A DNA stretch of 64,000 bases from Promethearchaeota archaeon (lineage in GTDB: Archaea > Asgardarchaeota > Lokiarchaeia > Sigyniarchaeales > SOKP01), in the NCBI GenBank assembly GCA_016840165.1, contig JAEOSU010000072.1:270566-334565 (forward strand). The letters run 5' to 3'. Below, piece after piece: positions 48,764 through 57,798 of this stretch. Under the pieces are notes generated by a model. It was not told where the DNA came from and did not search any database. It saw only the letters and a list, made by a program, of their open reading frames with translations. Position 1 is the stretch's first letter, and every line of letters begins with the position of its first letter. The position numbers and the translations under genes are program-made.

Positions 48764-48856
48764 ATCTTCAATTCTTATACTAGACCTAAAGAATATATAC
48801 GAGATACGAGAAGAGACATTATATAATTACAAAATTATTTATAAATAAATTTCATA

Positions 48857-49231
48857 ATGTATTTGGGAATGACTGTTTTATTAGATTTAGATTTAATTAT
48901 GAATAATTTAATTGAATCCTTAGGTACATCAGTTTATTTCATTTTGATTACAAGTCAAAATGGGGCGGTGATTAAATCATATATTAATGAGGAAGAGTTT
49001 AACAAAGCTTCAATTTCATTGAACATTTCTCAACTTTATGAATTAGCAGAAGAGACAGCGGAGGCCATAGGTCTTCATAGTCCAGATTTTAATATTATTC
49101 ATTCTGAAAATTATTATATTTTATCCATTAAAATTTTGGATAATATCGTCATTTTATTAACAGTGGACCAGATTGAAGTGAAAGATGTATTCCAAACTAT
49201 AAATAAGTCTGTAAATATGAATGAAATATGA
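48857..49231 (+). CDS. Roadblock/LC7-like protein
   Basis: Helix, YFILITSQNGAVIKS, helix, three short strands, helix; 124 aa. Confidence 0.6.
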   Translation: MYLGMTVLLDLDLIMNNLIESLGTSVYFILITSQNGAVIKSYINEEEFNKASISLNISQLYELAEETAEAIGLHSPDFNIIHSENYYILSIKILDNIVILLTVDQIEVKDVFQTINKSVNMNEI

Positions 49232-49398
49232 AAAAATAGGCTAATTTTTTCTCAAATGATTTATTAACATGCTTTTTTTAATGTTATACATTTTCAAATA
49301 AAATATTGGACTCACTAAATCCTTTATTTATTCATTACATTTAATAACATAATACTAAAAAAATAATAAAATACAAAGAAATACAGAGCTGATTATAA

Positions 49399-49914
49399 AT
49401 GCATTATGAAAGGAATCAATATTCAGAAGGATTCTCTATATGTGGCTTGATTATTGCCGGTGCGTTCCTATATTGGGGATTCAACACACTTACGACTGGA
49501 TTTTTCTCTATTTTCAGTTTATGGTGGTTAGGCTTTATCTGGATCGGTATTGGCATCGCAATAATCTCTGGGCAAATCTATGCTCTAGCAAACAGGAATA
49601 ATCTAAGAAACGTAGTAAAGTATGAGTTTGAAGATAATCCTAACGCTACAATAGAGGAGATATCGGCTAAAACAGGCATCACATTAAAAGATGTACGTGC
49701 CATTGTTTTAGACTTAAAGGCACGTGGAGAACTCAAGGGGAAATTCTCTTCAAAAACTGGAGAAATGAAGTATACCCAAGTTTCACAATCCTCTCAACCT
49801 ATAGTTGAAGAAATAGAGAAAGAAGAGAAGAAAGGAGAATATTGCCCGAACTGCGGTACTCCCATTAAAAAGGGGGATGCAATGTATTGTTCCTATTGCG
49901 GATCGAAGTTATAG
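49399..49914 (+). CDS. Two-TM, winged-helix, double zinc-ribbon protein (paralog 1)
   Basis: TM pair, TIEEISAKTGITLKDVR..L.A.GEL.G, CPNCG..CSYCG. Confidence 0.75.
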   Translation: MHYERNQYSEGFSICGLIIAGAFLYWGFNTLTTGFFSIFSLWWLGFIWIGIGIAIISGQIYALANRNNLRNVVKYEFEDNPNATIEEISAKTGITLKDVRAIVLDLKARGELKGKFSSKTGEMKYTQVSQSSQPIVEEIEKEEKKGEYCPNCGTPIKKGDAMYCSYCGSKL

Positions 49915-50039
49915 AGTAAGTAAATATATATTATTTTACTTTTTTTTTAAAAGTAGAAAAGATTTAAAAATTGGACTCTTAAACTAATAAATAATATCCT
50001 TAATTTTTACTATTTAATGAATTAATATAGTTGATTAAT

Positions 50040-50543
50040 ATGAAATATAAACGAGATCAATACACTAATGGATTTTCAATATGTGCACTTATTATTGCGG
50101 GCATGTTTTTTTATTGGGGGGTTTCTTCCTTTTTTGATAATTCATGGCACTTTACATTTAGTTTGTGGGGTCTTTTTTGGATTGGAATAGGTGCTGCAAT
50201 TTTATCATCCCAGTTTGCTATAATTGGGAATAGAAGTAAACTAAAAAATGTGGTCCTTCATGAATTTCAGTCAAATCCCAATATATCTGTCGAGGAAATA
50301 AGTGCTAATACAGGTATTTCAGTTAGAGATGCGCGTGCCGTTATATTAGACTTAAAAGCAGCAGGAAAGCTCAGAGGAGGCTTCTCTACAACCACTGGAG
50401 AGGCAGAATCTATGAAAACTATGAGCATTTCTCCTGCGGAGCAACAAGTAGTCGAAGAGAAAGCTTTTTATTGTCCAAGTTGTGGTACGGAAATAAAAAG
50501 AGACCACGCAGAATATTGTTCATATTGTGGAGCAAAACTTTAA
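50040..50543 (+). CDS. Two-TM, winged-helix, double zinc-ribbon protein (paralog 2)
   Basis: Colinear with 49399-49914 (MKYKRDQY vs MHYERNQY; CPSCG..CSYCG). Confidence 0.75.
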   Translation: MKYKRDQYTNGFSICALIIAGMFFYWGVSSFFDNSWHFTFSLWGLFWIGIGAAILSSQFAIIGNRSKLKNVVLHEFQSNPNISVEEISANTGISVRDARAVILDLKAAGKLRGGFSTTTGEAESMKTMSISPAEQQVVEEKAFYCPSCGTEIKRDHAEYCSYCGAKL

Positions 50544-50664
50544 ACGAAAAATAATTTTTATTTTCTTTCCTTTATATTATTATCATTGATTAAAGCATTA
50601 CTTTCCTTTATTTTAAGTTAATTTAAGTTAGTTAAAATTAAAAAAAAAAGATTTTTAAGTGTAA

Positions 50665-51633
50665 TTATGGAGGGTATCTAAGCTCATAAATACTTTTTCC
50701 TCCATTTAACGGGCCTTTAATATATGGTTCTATTTCTTTTGGATCCCTCTGGGTAATTCCCTCAACTGGAGGTAAAGTCCCCGGAGGAAAGGTAGTTAAA
50801 ATATCCTCGACTAATTTTTTTAAATAGTCTAAAAATGCCTCCATTCCTGGACGACCTTTTTCAAAAGTAGCTTTACTAGGACATCCTACATGGCCTTCGG
50901 GATAGGCGGTCACCTCAATTGGTCCAAATCCTACTTGTCCATACCATCTTATTGGCTTTTGATAAACATTTCCAGCTTTGTCTACATGCCCCTCTGGCAT
51001 CCAACCAACAACTTCATTATCATTGCAGGCGTCTATTTCTTTAAGTAATTCAGGAAATAAAGTCATCGAAAAAGAGGTTTCGGCTTCATCAGCATGAATA
51101 AAAGGAGTCTCAAAGGGACCTCCATGTTCTTTGTCTTTACAGTATTCTGGAATGGCATGATACCAGTTTAAATTACAAATAACCGCGGGAAGCTGATAAT
51201 TTTTTGCCCATTCATGAATTGCACTAGGTATAACATATTCATGTCCATGCCCATTAAGCAAAATCATCTTTCTAAATCCCATATTCCAGCAACCGGCCAT
51301 TATTGACCGCAATAACCCTTTAAAAGTCTCTTCTGGGACAATAATCGTCCCTGGCATACCAACATGATGATAAGGATGAGAACCATACCACGTAGGTTGT
51401 GCAACCGTGCAACCCGTTTTCTGGGCTACCAATTCTGCCATTCTAGTGACTAGAAACGTGTCTTCTCCAATACATGCTGCTGGTCCATGGTTTTCTGTCG
51501 ATCCGATGGGGATTATTATGACATCATTTTTTTTTACTCGTTCTTTAATTTCAGTGATACTTAGATTTTGGAGGTAGATACCATCAGGTAAGTCCATATG
51601 TCCGGATTTAGGGGGAAGATTCCAATCAGTCAT
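50665..51633 (-). CDS. iolN: Creatininase-family hydrolase, probable 3-dehydro-scyllo-inosose hydrolase
   Basis: PIGSTENHG, GEDT, HHVGMPGT, NGHG, PFIHADEAETS; adjacent to iolM/iolO/iolG-like genes. Confidence 0.75.
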   Translation of the reverse strand: MTDWNLPPKSGHMDLPDGIYLQNLSITEIKERVKKNDVIIIPIGSTENHGPAACIGEDTFLVTRMAELVAQKTGCTVAQPTWYGSHPYHHVGMPGTIIVPEETFKGLLRSIMAGCWNMGFRKMILLNGHGHEYVIPSAIHEWAKNYQLPAVICNLNWYHAIPEYCKDKEHGGPFETPFIHADEAETSFSMTLFPELLKEIDACNDNEVVGWMPEGHVDKAGNVYQKPIRWYGQVGFGPIEVTAYPEGHVGCPSKATFEKGRPGMEAFLDYLKKLVEDILTTFPPGTLPPVEGITQRDPKEIEPYIKGPLNGGKSIYELRYPP

Positions 51634-51727
51634 TTTATCATCTCATTTTAATATTTGTTAATTAATAATATTATTAAGCCACTATATATGTTAAATTTTT
51701 TAACGATTGAAAATACTTTGCTAAGTA

Positions 51728-52540
51728 ATGAAATTAAGTATTGTTTCTGGGCTTAATGAATCCAATATAAAACAGGAAGAGGTTTATAGCAAATTTTCTA
51801 ATATTTGTGAACTTATTTCCGAATTTAATTATGATGGTATAGAGTTAAGTCTGCTGGAACCAGAAAAACTTGATGTGAACAAACTTAATGAAATTATACA
51901 GTCTTTTGATATGGCGATTCCTGCAATAGGGACTGGTAGCACTTTTATTCGTTTCGGATTTTCATTGGGGCATCATGATGAGTATCTTAGAAAGAAATCA
52001 ATTGAGAGATTAGATAAATATATTAGCTTTGCTAATGAATTAAATTCAAAAGTGGTAATAGGGTTAATCCGAGGGCGATATAGTAATCTGAGTAGTCTGA
52101 AAAGAGAAAAATTGAATATTAAGACTTCCTTGAAATTATGTTGCCAGATTGCAGAGAATAATGATGTAATATTAGTATTTGAACCGATTAATCGATTTGA
52201 AATTGATTCCTACAATACTATCGCGGAATCTATAGATCTTCTTGAAGAAATTGGCTCTGATAATTTGCGATTACTCATTGATACTTTTCATACCCATTTA
52301 GAGGAAGATCCGGTGCTTATTTGGGATTATCTTCCTGAAATAGCATCATCCGTAGCACATATTCACTTAGCCGATTGTACAAGAAGAGCCCCTGGTACGG
52401 GTCATTTTGATTTTCGTGAATTTCTAAATATTTTTAAAGATGCTGGATACAACGAATACGTTTCAGTTGAGACTATCATGAAACCTTCTTTTGAAGAAGT
52501 TGCAAAAGAGACCGCTCATTATCTAAGTGTAATACTTTAA
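51728..52540 (+). CDS. iolO: Sugar phosphate isomerase/epimerase TIM barrel, probable 5-keto-L-gluconate epimerase
   Basis: YDGIEL, AIGTG, IGLIRG, FEPINRFE, DTFH, HIHLAD..R.APGTGHFDF, SVE. Confidence 0.7.
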   Translation: MKLSIVSGLNESNIKQEEVYSKFSNICELISEFNYDGIELSLLEPEKLDVNKLNEIIQSFDMAIPAIGTGSTFIRFGFSLGHHDEYLRKKSIERLDKYISFANELNSKVVIGLIRGRYSNLSSLKREKLNIKTSLKLCCQIAENNDVILVFEPINRFEIDSYNTIAESIDLLEEIGSDNLRLLIDTFHTHLEEDPVLIWDYLPEIASSVAHIHLADCTRRAPGTGHFDFREFLNIFKDAGYNEYVSVETIMKPSFEEVAKETAHYLSVIL

Positions 52541-52579
52541 TAGCTCATGAGAGAAATTTAAGAGAAAAAAGAAGACGGA

Positions 52580-53755
52580 CTATAATTTCGCTGAGATTTT
52601 ACAATTTTCGCGATCGGTTTGTAGAAGCTTTATATTTTCTGGCACCTCCTCTAAAGTTATCTGTTTGGTTATCATAGGAGTCATATCCATGCCAGCAGCC
52701 ATCGAACTTATTACATTTGGAAAGGTACCATGTCCCGAATGTCCTTGTGCTCCTACAATCCGAGCTCTCCTTACTTGAAAATATTCTCCGCAAACGGGCA
52801 TATTCTGTTCTGCTCTTGCTACAATAACTACGGTGCTATTAACCGCCTTACATTCCCAGATACTATTTTGGATATCAGAAGTCACAACTTGGGGTAATCC
52901 TGTTGCCTCTAAATAGAGTGCGGCTCCATCATTATCAGTTAGTTCTTTTAATTGTTCGACAAAATTTTCTTTTGATGGATTAATAACGTAATCAGCACCC
53001 ATTTTTTTAGCAAGATCTGCTCGATGTTCTTCTGGCTCAGATACAATAACCATAGCTGCTCCAGCAGTTTTTAAAATTTTAGTTGCTGCTAAACCAATTG
53101 GTCCCGCCCCTAATATGACCGCATTCTCTCCAGGTCGTATGCCTCCCCCTCTTTCAATTACTGCATTATATGCAACTGAAGTTGGTTCAACTAGACTTCC
53201 AATTTTATAGATATCTTTATAGCGATCCTCTAATTTTTTAAGGCTCCAACATAATTTAGAAGGAACAGAAATAAACTCTGCAAAAGCTCCATTAATAGAA
53301 AATCCAATCTCTTGCAATCGTTCACAATGATTTGGATACCCATCACAGCAAGGTTTGCATTCACCACACCATACCATTTCCTCAACCGTTACGGGTTCTC
53401 CTGGTTCATATTTTTTCGCAGTTCGCTTATTTATGGCCCGTTCCCCAACTTCTATAATTTCACCAGAAAATTCATGCCCTAGAGTAACAGGAAAAGCAGT
53501 TAAACCAGGATAATAGATGTAACCATCATCATACGTCTGATTCATATGCACATCTGAACCACATATACCACATCTCTTAACTTTAATAAGAACTTCATTG
53601 GATTTAAGCTTAGGCTTTTCTTTATCTACTAATTTTGCTACGGGATTACGCCATACTTGTGAGCCTAAATATGTTAGTTTTCCTTCAATATCCTTTGAGC
53701 CTAATTTAAATCCTGGTTTTGGATTCCATTCCGCATCAATTTCTACGGCTTTCAT
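52580..53755 (-). CDS. iolM: Zn-dependent medium-chain dehydrogenase, probable scyllo-inosose 3-dehydrogenase
   Basis: CGICGSD, YPGLT, GHEFSG, CGECKPC..C, GAGPIG, GAQGHSGHGTF. Confidence 0.75.
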   Translation of the reverse strand: MKAVEIDAEWNPKPGFKLGSKDIEGKLTYLGSQVWRNPVAKLVDKEKPKLKSNEVLIKVKRCGICGSDVHMNQTYDDGYIYYPGLTAFPVTLGHEFSGEIIEVGERAINKRTAKKYEPGEPVTVEEMVWCGECKPCCDGYPNHCERLQEIGFSINGAFAEFISVPSKLCWSLKKLEDRYKDIYKIGSLVEPTSVAYNAVIERGGGIRPGENAVILGAGPIGLAATKILKTAGAAMVIVSEPEEHRADLAKKMGADYVINPSKENFVEQLKELTDNDGAALYLEATGLPQVVTSDIQNSIWECKAVNSTVVIVARAEQNMPVCGEYFQVRRARIVGAQGHSGHGTFPNVISSMAAGMDMTPMITKQITLEEVPENIKLLQTDRENCKISAKL

Positions 53756-53843
53756 AAGTTTAATTACTATCTAAAAATAGTTATTATGATAATAAAGCAT
53801 TTTAATAAATTAAAACAAATGGAAAAAAAGAAAAAAGAAAAAA

Positions 53844-55052
53844 TTAATTTGATTTTTCTTTCAAAAAGAATACCAAAATTAATGCGCCCAAAAGGAATAT
53901 TGATTCCAAAAGCAAAGCAGGAAAATAATCACCTCCAAGAGTAAAACCCTCAAAAAAGAGAATGAAAATTATCCCTCCAATTTGACCGACCATCATCAGC
54001 ATTCCATTTGATGTTGCTTCTGGGACAGGTTTCGTCAAATCTACAGCAAACTCAAGCGCTACTGGTCCAGCAGAAAGAATTCCAAATCCTAAGAGGAAAT
54101 TAAAGAGATATAAAAGAATTGGATCTGTTGTAATAGGTGGAGTTATAATAAACAAGGAAATAGTGGCTATAATAATTGAAATAATTAGCAATAGCTTCCT
54201 TTTCTTAAATTTATCGGATAATGCAGACATCACTACACAACCAACGATTCCACCGATAAGTAAAAGTCCTCCTATAATACCAGCGTCAGTAGCATCGAAT
54301 CCTCTTGGAGCTAAAATCAATTCAATGTATGAAGTAATAAAGTTAAAAATTCCTAAACCAAAAAAGAAAGTGATAAACAGAATTATAAAGCCCTTATTTT
54401 TAAATAGAGACTTTAGTCCCTTGCCCATCAAAACTTTCTCTCTTAACTCCTCTTTTGACGGAGGACTGGGAGGTTTAGTTTTTACAAAAATGATAAACAA
54501 TACTCCAGAAATTAAGGATAAAATCCCATAAATCAATAAAGTCATTTCGATATTAACTGCTGCATAAAGGAAGGGAGTAATTAATACTCCTAATAGAATA
54601 CCGATAAACTGAGATATTAAAGATAGTCCGGTTGCGGAGGTTCTTTCTGATTCTGGAAACCAATTCGCTGATAACCTTGTTATACTATTTAAAACAAATG
54701 GTTGACCGATTGCGATTCCTATCTGAAAAATAAATAATAGCATGTAATCGGTTCCCGCAAAAAATCGTAAAAAACCAAAAATCCCAGCTAATAACGCTCC
54801 AATACCTGCTCCAATTCTAAAATCATACTTATCGATTATCCAAGAAGCCAAGAACGTGACTGGTATATATGCTATCATGAAAATTAAAGATAGGAAAAGT
54901 ATTTCCAATTGTGCGACCCCATAGAAAGTAGCAGCTTCAATAGTTATTGATGCAAATGTTATCCATAGTATTTGTAAGGTTATATTCATAAACATAAATA
55001 AAACTAATACTAACCAGCGGTATCCATAGACTTGTATTTTTTCTTCACTCAT
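53844..55052 (-). CDS. MFS transporter (FLVCR/SLC49-like)
   Basis: VYGYRWLVL, GQPFVL, WFPESER; about 12 TM helices. Confidence 0.85.
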   Translation of the reverse strand: MSEEKIQVYGYRWLVLVLFMFMNITLQILWITFASITIEAATFYGVAQLEILFLSLIFMIAYIPVTFLASWIIDKYDFRIGAGIGALLAGIFGFLRFFAGTDYMLLFIFQIGIAIGQPFVLNSITRLSANWFPESERTSATGLSLISQFIGILLGVLITPFLYAAVNIEMTLLIYGILSLISGVLFIIFVKTKPPSPPSKEELREKVLMGKGLKSLFKNKGFIILFITFFFGLGIFNFITSYIELILAPRGFDATDAGIIGGLLLIGGIVGCVVMSALSDKFKKRKLLLIISIIIATISLFIITPPITTDPILLYLFNFLLGFGILSAGPVALEFAVDLTKPVPEATSNGMLMMVGQIGGIIFILFFEGFTLGGDYFPALLLESIFLLGALILVFFLKEKSN

Positions 55053-55180
55053 TTCTAACTAACACTTTTATTAAAATTTTAATTTATTAATTCAATTTAA
55101 ATTAAGATAAATATAAATCTATTATTCTTCTTAAAAAATCATAAAAATCATAAATTTTAACAAGGTTGTAGTGATAAAAA

Positions 55181-56203
55181 TTGGATAAATCCTTCACTGT
55201 TGGATTAATAGGGATTGGGAGAATTGGGAAAATTCATATTGAAAATCTATTGCACAGGATACCTAATGTAAATTTGAAACTTGCTGCTGATATTAAATTA
55301 GATGAAGATTTGAAAAAATGGGTCAAAGAGAGGGGAGTCACAAATTTAACCGATGATCCCTATGAAATTTTCAATGATCCAGAAATTGAAATCGTACTTA
55401 TATGCTCTCCTACGGATACACATGCAAATTTTATTCAGGAAGCCGCTAAGGTAAAGAAACAAATATTTTGTGAAAAACCAATAGATATCGAAGTAAATCG
55501 GATTAAAAAAACACTTAAAATAGTGGAAGAAAATGGAGTAAAGCTCATGATTGGGTTCAATCGACGTTTTGATCGCAATTTTAAGCGAATCCATGAATTA
55601 ATTGTATCAGGAGAGATAGGGACTCCCCAAATTGTTAAAATTACTTCTCGTGATCCCTCTCCTCCTCCAATCGATTATATTAAAGTTTCTGGTGGGATAT
55701 TTTTAGATATGACAATTCATGATTGGGATATGGCAAGGTTCCAATGTCATAGCGATGTGGAGGAGGTTTATGCAACAGGAGCGGTACTTGTGGATCCAAA
55801 AATTGGAGAAGCAGGAGATATCGATACAGCAGCAGCTATTTTAAAATTTAAAAATGGTGCTTTAGGAATAATTGATAATACACGTCAAGCGGTTTACGGA
55901 TACGATCAACGAGTTGAAGTTTTTGGGTCGAAAGGATGTTTGATTGCGGACAATGAGGCTACAAACACCGTTAGAATTTATAATGCAGAATGTACTTCAG
56001 TCGATAAAATTCCCTCCTTTTTCATGGAGCGATACATGAATTCCTATTACTCTGAACTAAAGTATTTTTTTGATTGTATTGCTAAGAATGGAGATCCTAA
56101 GCCTAATGGAGAGGATGGTCTAAAAAATGTTCTTGTGGCTTTAGCAGCTCAAAAATCTTTAGAAGAGAACCGCCCCATAAAGATAGCAGATTTGAAATTT
56201 TAA
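55181..56203 (+). CDS. iolG: myo-inositol 2-dehydrogenase (Gfo/Idh/MocA)
   Basis: GIGRIG, CEKP, GFNRRFD, SRDP, DMTIHD, YGYDQRVEVFG. Confidence 0.9.
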   Translation: MDKSFTVGLIGIGRIGKIHIENLLHRIPNVNLKLAADIKLDEDLKKWVKERGVTNLTDDPYEIFNDPEIEIVLICSPTDTHANFIQEAAKVKKQIFCEKPIDIEVNRIKKTLKIVEENGVKLMIGFNRRFDRNFKRIHELIVSGEIGTPQIVKITSRDPSPPPIDYIKVSGGIFLDMTIHDWDMARFQCHSDVEEVYATGAVLVDPKIGEAGDIDTAAAILKFKNGALGIIDNTRQAVYGYDQRVEVFGSKGCLIADNEATNTVRIYNAECTSVDKIPSFFMERYMNSYYSELKYFFDCIAKNGDPKPNGEDGLKNVLVALAAQKSLEENRPIKIADLKF

Positions 56204-56312
56204 AAAAAATATGGTAAATCCTTTAATAAAACCAAATCAAGGATTAATTGTTGCAAAAGAATTATAAAGAATTATTTATACCTCATTCTTAGAATTATAA
56301 GGTTGTGTAATC

Positions 56313-56846
56313 GTGTCTTATGATATTTCCGCTCTGAAGGTGTTAATAAAGAAGATCTTTCCTCCGAAATCCTCAGTATACACAGTTGATACAACTGGAG
56401 ATAAAAATGCTGATGCAATTCTTATTAAGGCATTGAATGTACTTATGCCGATAGAAATTCCGGATGAGATAGAATTAGGAGGTTTTAGTACTAAGGATTT
56501 TGATTTAAATACATTTGACGTATCGGAATATGGAAAAATATTTCTTGATGATGAGAGAATAACAATATCTAAGGATGATTTTGAAGTTGATAAGCTAAAA
56601 GCACGCTTCATAATCCATCATAAAGACGAAAAGTTTACTATCGATGATATTTTAGAAGGCAAATTAGGCGGAAGACTTATTGCACTAGGCGACACGATAG
56701 ATGTCATTATAAGATTAGATAACCAAGCCCTAAAAAAGTTTACTGAAGGAAAACATAAGTTCAAATTGGAATCAGAGTTAATTCCTGTTTTGGAGTTTAA
56801 CTTCGAATTGAATAATGATAATATGAATCAAACCTATAAACTTTAA
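56313..56846 (+). CDS. Hypothetical beta-rich protein
   Basis: 177-codon ORF, GTG start. Confidence 0.65.
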   Translation: MSYDISALKVLIKKIFPPKSSVYTVDTTGDKNADAILIKALNVLMPIEIPDEIELGGFSTKDFDLNTFDVSEYGKIFLDDERITISKDDFEVDKLKARFIIHHKDEKFTIDDILEGKLGGRLIALGDTIDVIIRLDNQALKKFTEGKHKFKLESELIPVLEFNFELNNDNMNQTYKL

Positions 56847-56967
56847 GACTCCATAAAATTCAATTCATTAAATCTCATACCTCTCTCTCTTTAAGTTTCA
56901 ATTATGCTATAGAATTTTATATTGTAGTTTAAATTCTTTAATTGAAATTAATTTTAGGTGAGAAAAT

Positions 56968-57480
56968 ATGGCGATTATAAATGAAAATCTGAATCCTAAT
57001 CTGATTGAACTTAACGAATATTCTGAAGTAAAAGTATCTTGCCCTGTATGTAAGACTGAAAAAGTACTCAAATTTCCGAGATCAGTAATTAATCAAGCAA
57101 AACAATTGACAACGATTTCACTTCCAAAAGGTTTAGTTTGTGACCATCATTTTCAAGCATTTGTTGACAAAAATTTCGTGGTTAGAGGATACCAAAAGGT
57201 AGATTTTGAATTTGCTTATGACATACTAAAAAACAGTGATTCAGAAGTATTTAGGGATTTAGAAAAAAAAGAGCATGATTTTTATGAGAACTTAATCCTT
57301 GAAGGAAATTTTGTTGAGTATCACTTGAACAAAAAGGATATTTCGATGGAGAGTAAAAAGTCAAAACCTAAGTCAAAAAAAATGACGTTAGAAGAGATCT
57401 ATAAAGAGTTCTGGGAATATATTGATGAAGATAATCAAGAATTTAAAGAATTTATCCAGAAAGATACTCGAAGGCAATAA
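56968..57480 (+). CDS. Hypothetical Zn-binding protein
   Basis: CPVC...CDHHFQAFVDKNF; GGTGA upstream. Confidence 0.7.
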   Translation: MAIINENLNPNLIELNEYSEVKVSCPVCKTEKVLKFPRSVINQAKQLTTISLPKGLVCDHHFQAFVDKNFVVRGYQKVDFEFAYDILKNSDSEVFRDLEKKEHDFYENLILEGNFVEYHLNKKDISMESKKSKPKSKKMTLEEIYKEFWEYIDEDNQEFKEFIQKDTRRQ

Positions 57481-57494
57481 AAGTAAAAGTTGAA

Positions 57495-57596
57495 TGGCAA
57501 GAGGGGGATTTGAACCCCCGATACCCAGATCTTCAGTATCACCTTTATCGGAAGCTCCGATAGATCTGGTGCGTTCCCGGGCTACGCCATCTTGCC
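57495..57596 (-). tRNA. tRNA-Phe(GAA) with 28-nt intron at position 30/31 (57538-57565)
   Basis: Acceptor GGCAAGA/TCTTGCC, D stem GCGT/ACGC, spliced anticodon arm CCAGA-CTGAAGA-TCTGG; BHB central helix CACC/GGTG with AGA and ATA bulges. Confidence 0.9.
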
Positions 57597-57736
57597 ATTG
57601 AATAGAATTCTAAACTGATTCTTATTTCAAAATTCGTGATTTAAAAAGTATGAAATCTCATATAAAGTTTTTTAGATATTAAAAATAAAAATGAAAGGTT
57701 ATCTTAAAACCTTTAAAATTAATGATTGATTGAATT

Positions 57737-57756
57737 AAAAAGGGGCATCCCTTTTT
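57737..57756 (-). terminator. Hairpin AAAAAGGG-ATGC-CCCTTTTT (terminator-like or 3' stabilising)
   Basis: Perfect 8-bp inverted repeat ending in a U-tract, directly after the SECIS-like element. Confidence 0.5.
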
Positions 57757-57794
57757 CTCAACCTCGCTTCCTCAGGTTTACAGCGTGGCTTCAT
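57757..57794 (-). promoter_or_regulatory. Eukaryote-type SECIS-like element
   Basis: Minus strand ATGA-A-GCCACGCT-GT-AAA-CCTGAGG-A-AGCGAGGT-TGAG: AUGA-N11-AA-N18-GA, 7 of 8 pairs in helix II, apical mini-stem; 4 nt after the UAA of a frame with in-frame UGAs. Confidence 0.65.
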
Positions 57795-57798
57795 TGAT

